DNA of 5,489 nucleotides, taken from a virus. Location: positions 1-5,489 of IMG/VR virus record IMGVR_UViG_3300031992_001207; one strand, written 5' to 3'. The notes beneath the pieces were generated by a model. The model was not told where the DNA came from and searched no databases. It was given only the letters and a program-made list of their open reading frames with translations. This document shows, piece by piece, positions 4,833-5,489 of the stretch (position 1 is its first letter; each line of letters opens with the position of its first letter). The translations under genes and the position numbers were made by a program.

Positions 4833-5489
4833 ATGAACCTTAAGAATAGCTTAGAATTCATAAACACCGTTTACCAGAACCACCCTCTGATTAATGACAG
4901 CTGGGTGGGCTCCATTTATGACCTAAACGGCAGGAAGAATATCAAATACCCGGTGGCTAGTGTTGCTGCAACTGATGTGACAACTCAGGCACACTCGATA
5001 GTTTATACACTGTATCTCTATTATGCAGACCGCCTTACTAAGGATAGAAGCAATACTGTTGATGTACAGACTGTAGCAATTAACACCCTAAGGGAAGTGA
5101 TTAACTACCTCCAGAATAATAGTGACGCATTCGAAGTACAATCGACAAATATCACGCTTTTTGAGCAGAAGTTCCAGGATGAATGTGCTGGAGCATATGC
5201 AGTAGTAAGGGCAATCAGTCAGGACGACATAGGGAATTGCTCCTTCAGCGATGAAAAGATCATAGAAGACTTTAAAGGCAAAACCTATCTATTGGACAAC
5301 TACTTCACCAAGTCTGAGACTCTTACGCTCTTAGACGCTAAGCAAGATAAGCTCATCGCCGGAGAGAATATCACCATAGAAGGTAACGTCATATCTGCAA
5401 CTGGTGGGAGCACACTGACAGCAGGAGATGGTATCGATATAGCTAATAATGAGATCAGTGTAGACGGCACAATAGCAAGAAAAACCGAC
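4833..5489 (+). CDS. Neck-protein-like N-domain fused to fibre repeats (3'-truncated by window edge)
   Basis: This ORF is not in the supplied track. ATG 4833 lies 1 nt after the TAA at 4829-4831, and the frame stays open for 219 codons to the window end. Residues 1-135 (KYPVASVAAT...IVYTLYLYYADRL...LFEQKFQDECAGAYAVVRAI) resemble small neck or tail-completion proteins. From about residue 155 the sequence shows fibre shaft motifs: YFTKSETLTLLDAKQDKL, then two AG-x-x-I-x-I-x-x-N-x-IS repeats. Confidence 0.7.
   Translation, partial: MNLKNSLEFINTVYQNHPLINDSWVGSIYDLNGRKNIKYPVASVAATDVTTQAHSIVYTLYLYYADRLTKDRSNTVDVQTVAINTLREVINYLQNNSDAFEVQSTNITLFEQKFQDECAGAYAVVRAISQDDIGNCSFSDEKIIEDFKGKTYLLDNYFTKSETLTLLDAKQDKLIAGENITIEGNVISATGGSTLTAGDGIDIANNEISVDGTIARKTD
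5352..5471 (+). repeat. Tandem imperfect peptide repeat within the fibre-like region
   Basis: LIAGENITIEGNVISATGG (5352-5408) and LTAGDGIDIANNEISVDGT (5415-5471) share the pattern L-x-AG-[ED]-x-I-x-I-x-x-N-x-IS-x-x-G. This periodicity is typical of beta-helical or fibre shaft repeats. The array probably continues beyond the window. Confidence 0.45.

Noticed and set aside
1-5489. Searched by eye for a tRNA/ncRNA, CRISPR repeats, inverted terminal repeats, integrase/transposase genes, toxin-antitoxin or defence genes, and DGR template/variable repeats
   Set aside because: I found no regularly spaced direct repeats, no cloverleaf-like GC-rich segments, and no long inverted repeats. Coding density on one strand is nearly complete, and every ORF fits a virion-assembly role. 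A DGR cannot be excluded, because the fibre gene is truncated and no reverse transcriptase or second repeat copy lies in the window.

Overview
This window is a tightly packed virion morphogenesis (late) module of a tailed phage or prophage, with every gene on the plus strand. I call eight CDS. (1) 1-114 is the 3' end of an unknown upstream gene. (2) 133-669 is an XkdF-like prohead protease domain. (3) 739-1260 is an acidic coiled-coil scaffolding protein. (4) 1290-2198 is a ~300-aa major capsid protein. (5) 2275-2871 is a 198-aa, probably abundant, structural protein bracketed by two hairpin terminators. (6) 2955-3296 is a 113-aa orphan that overlaps the next gene by 17 nt. (7) 3280-4305 is a portal protein, followed by a gp6-like connector/adaptor candidate at 4319-4831. 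(8) 4833-5489 is a 3'-truncated ORF missing from the supplied track; it joins a neck-protein-like N-terminal domain to fibre-type repeats. None of the eight start codons has a Shine-Dalgarno sequence, and the intergenic regions carry TTTG-ending boxes, so a Bacteroidota host is plausible. I see no tRNA/rRNA, CRISPR array, transposase, integrase or defence-type gene, and no convincing novel multi-gene system. The points worth following up are the displaced portal, the terminator-bracketed 198-aa gene with capsid-like codon bias, the neck-domain/fibre fusion, and a shared intergenic motif. All family assignments rest on motif recollection and gene position, not on database searches.
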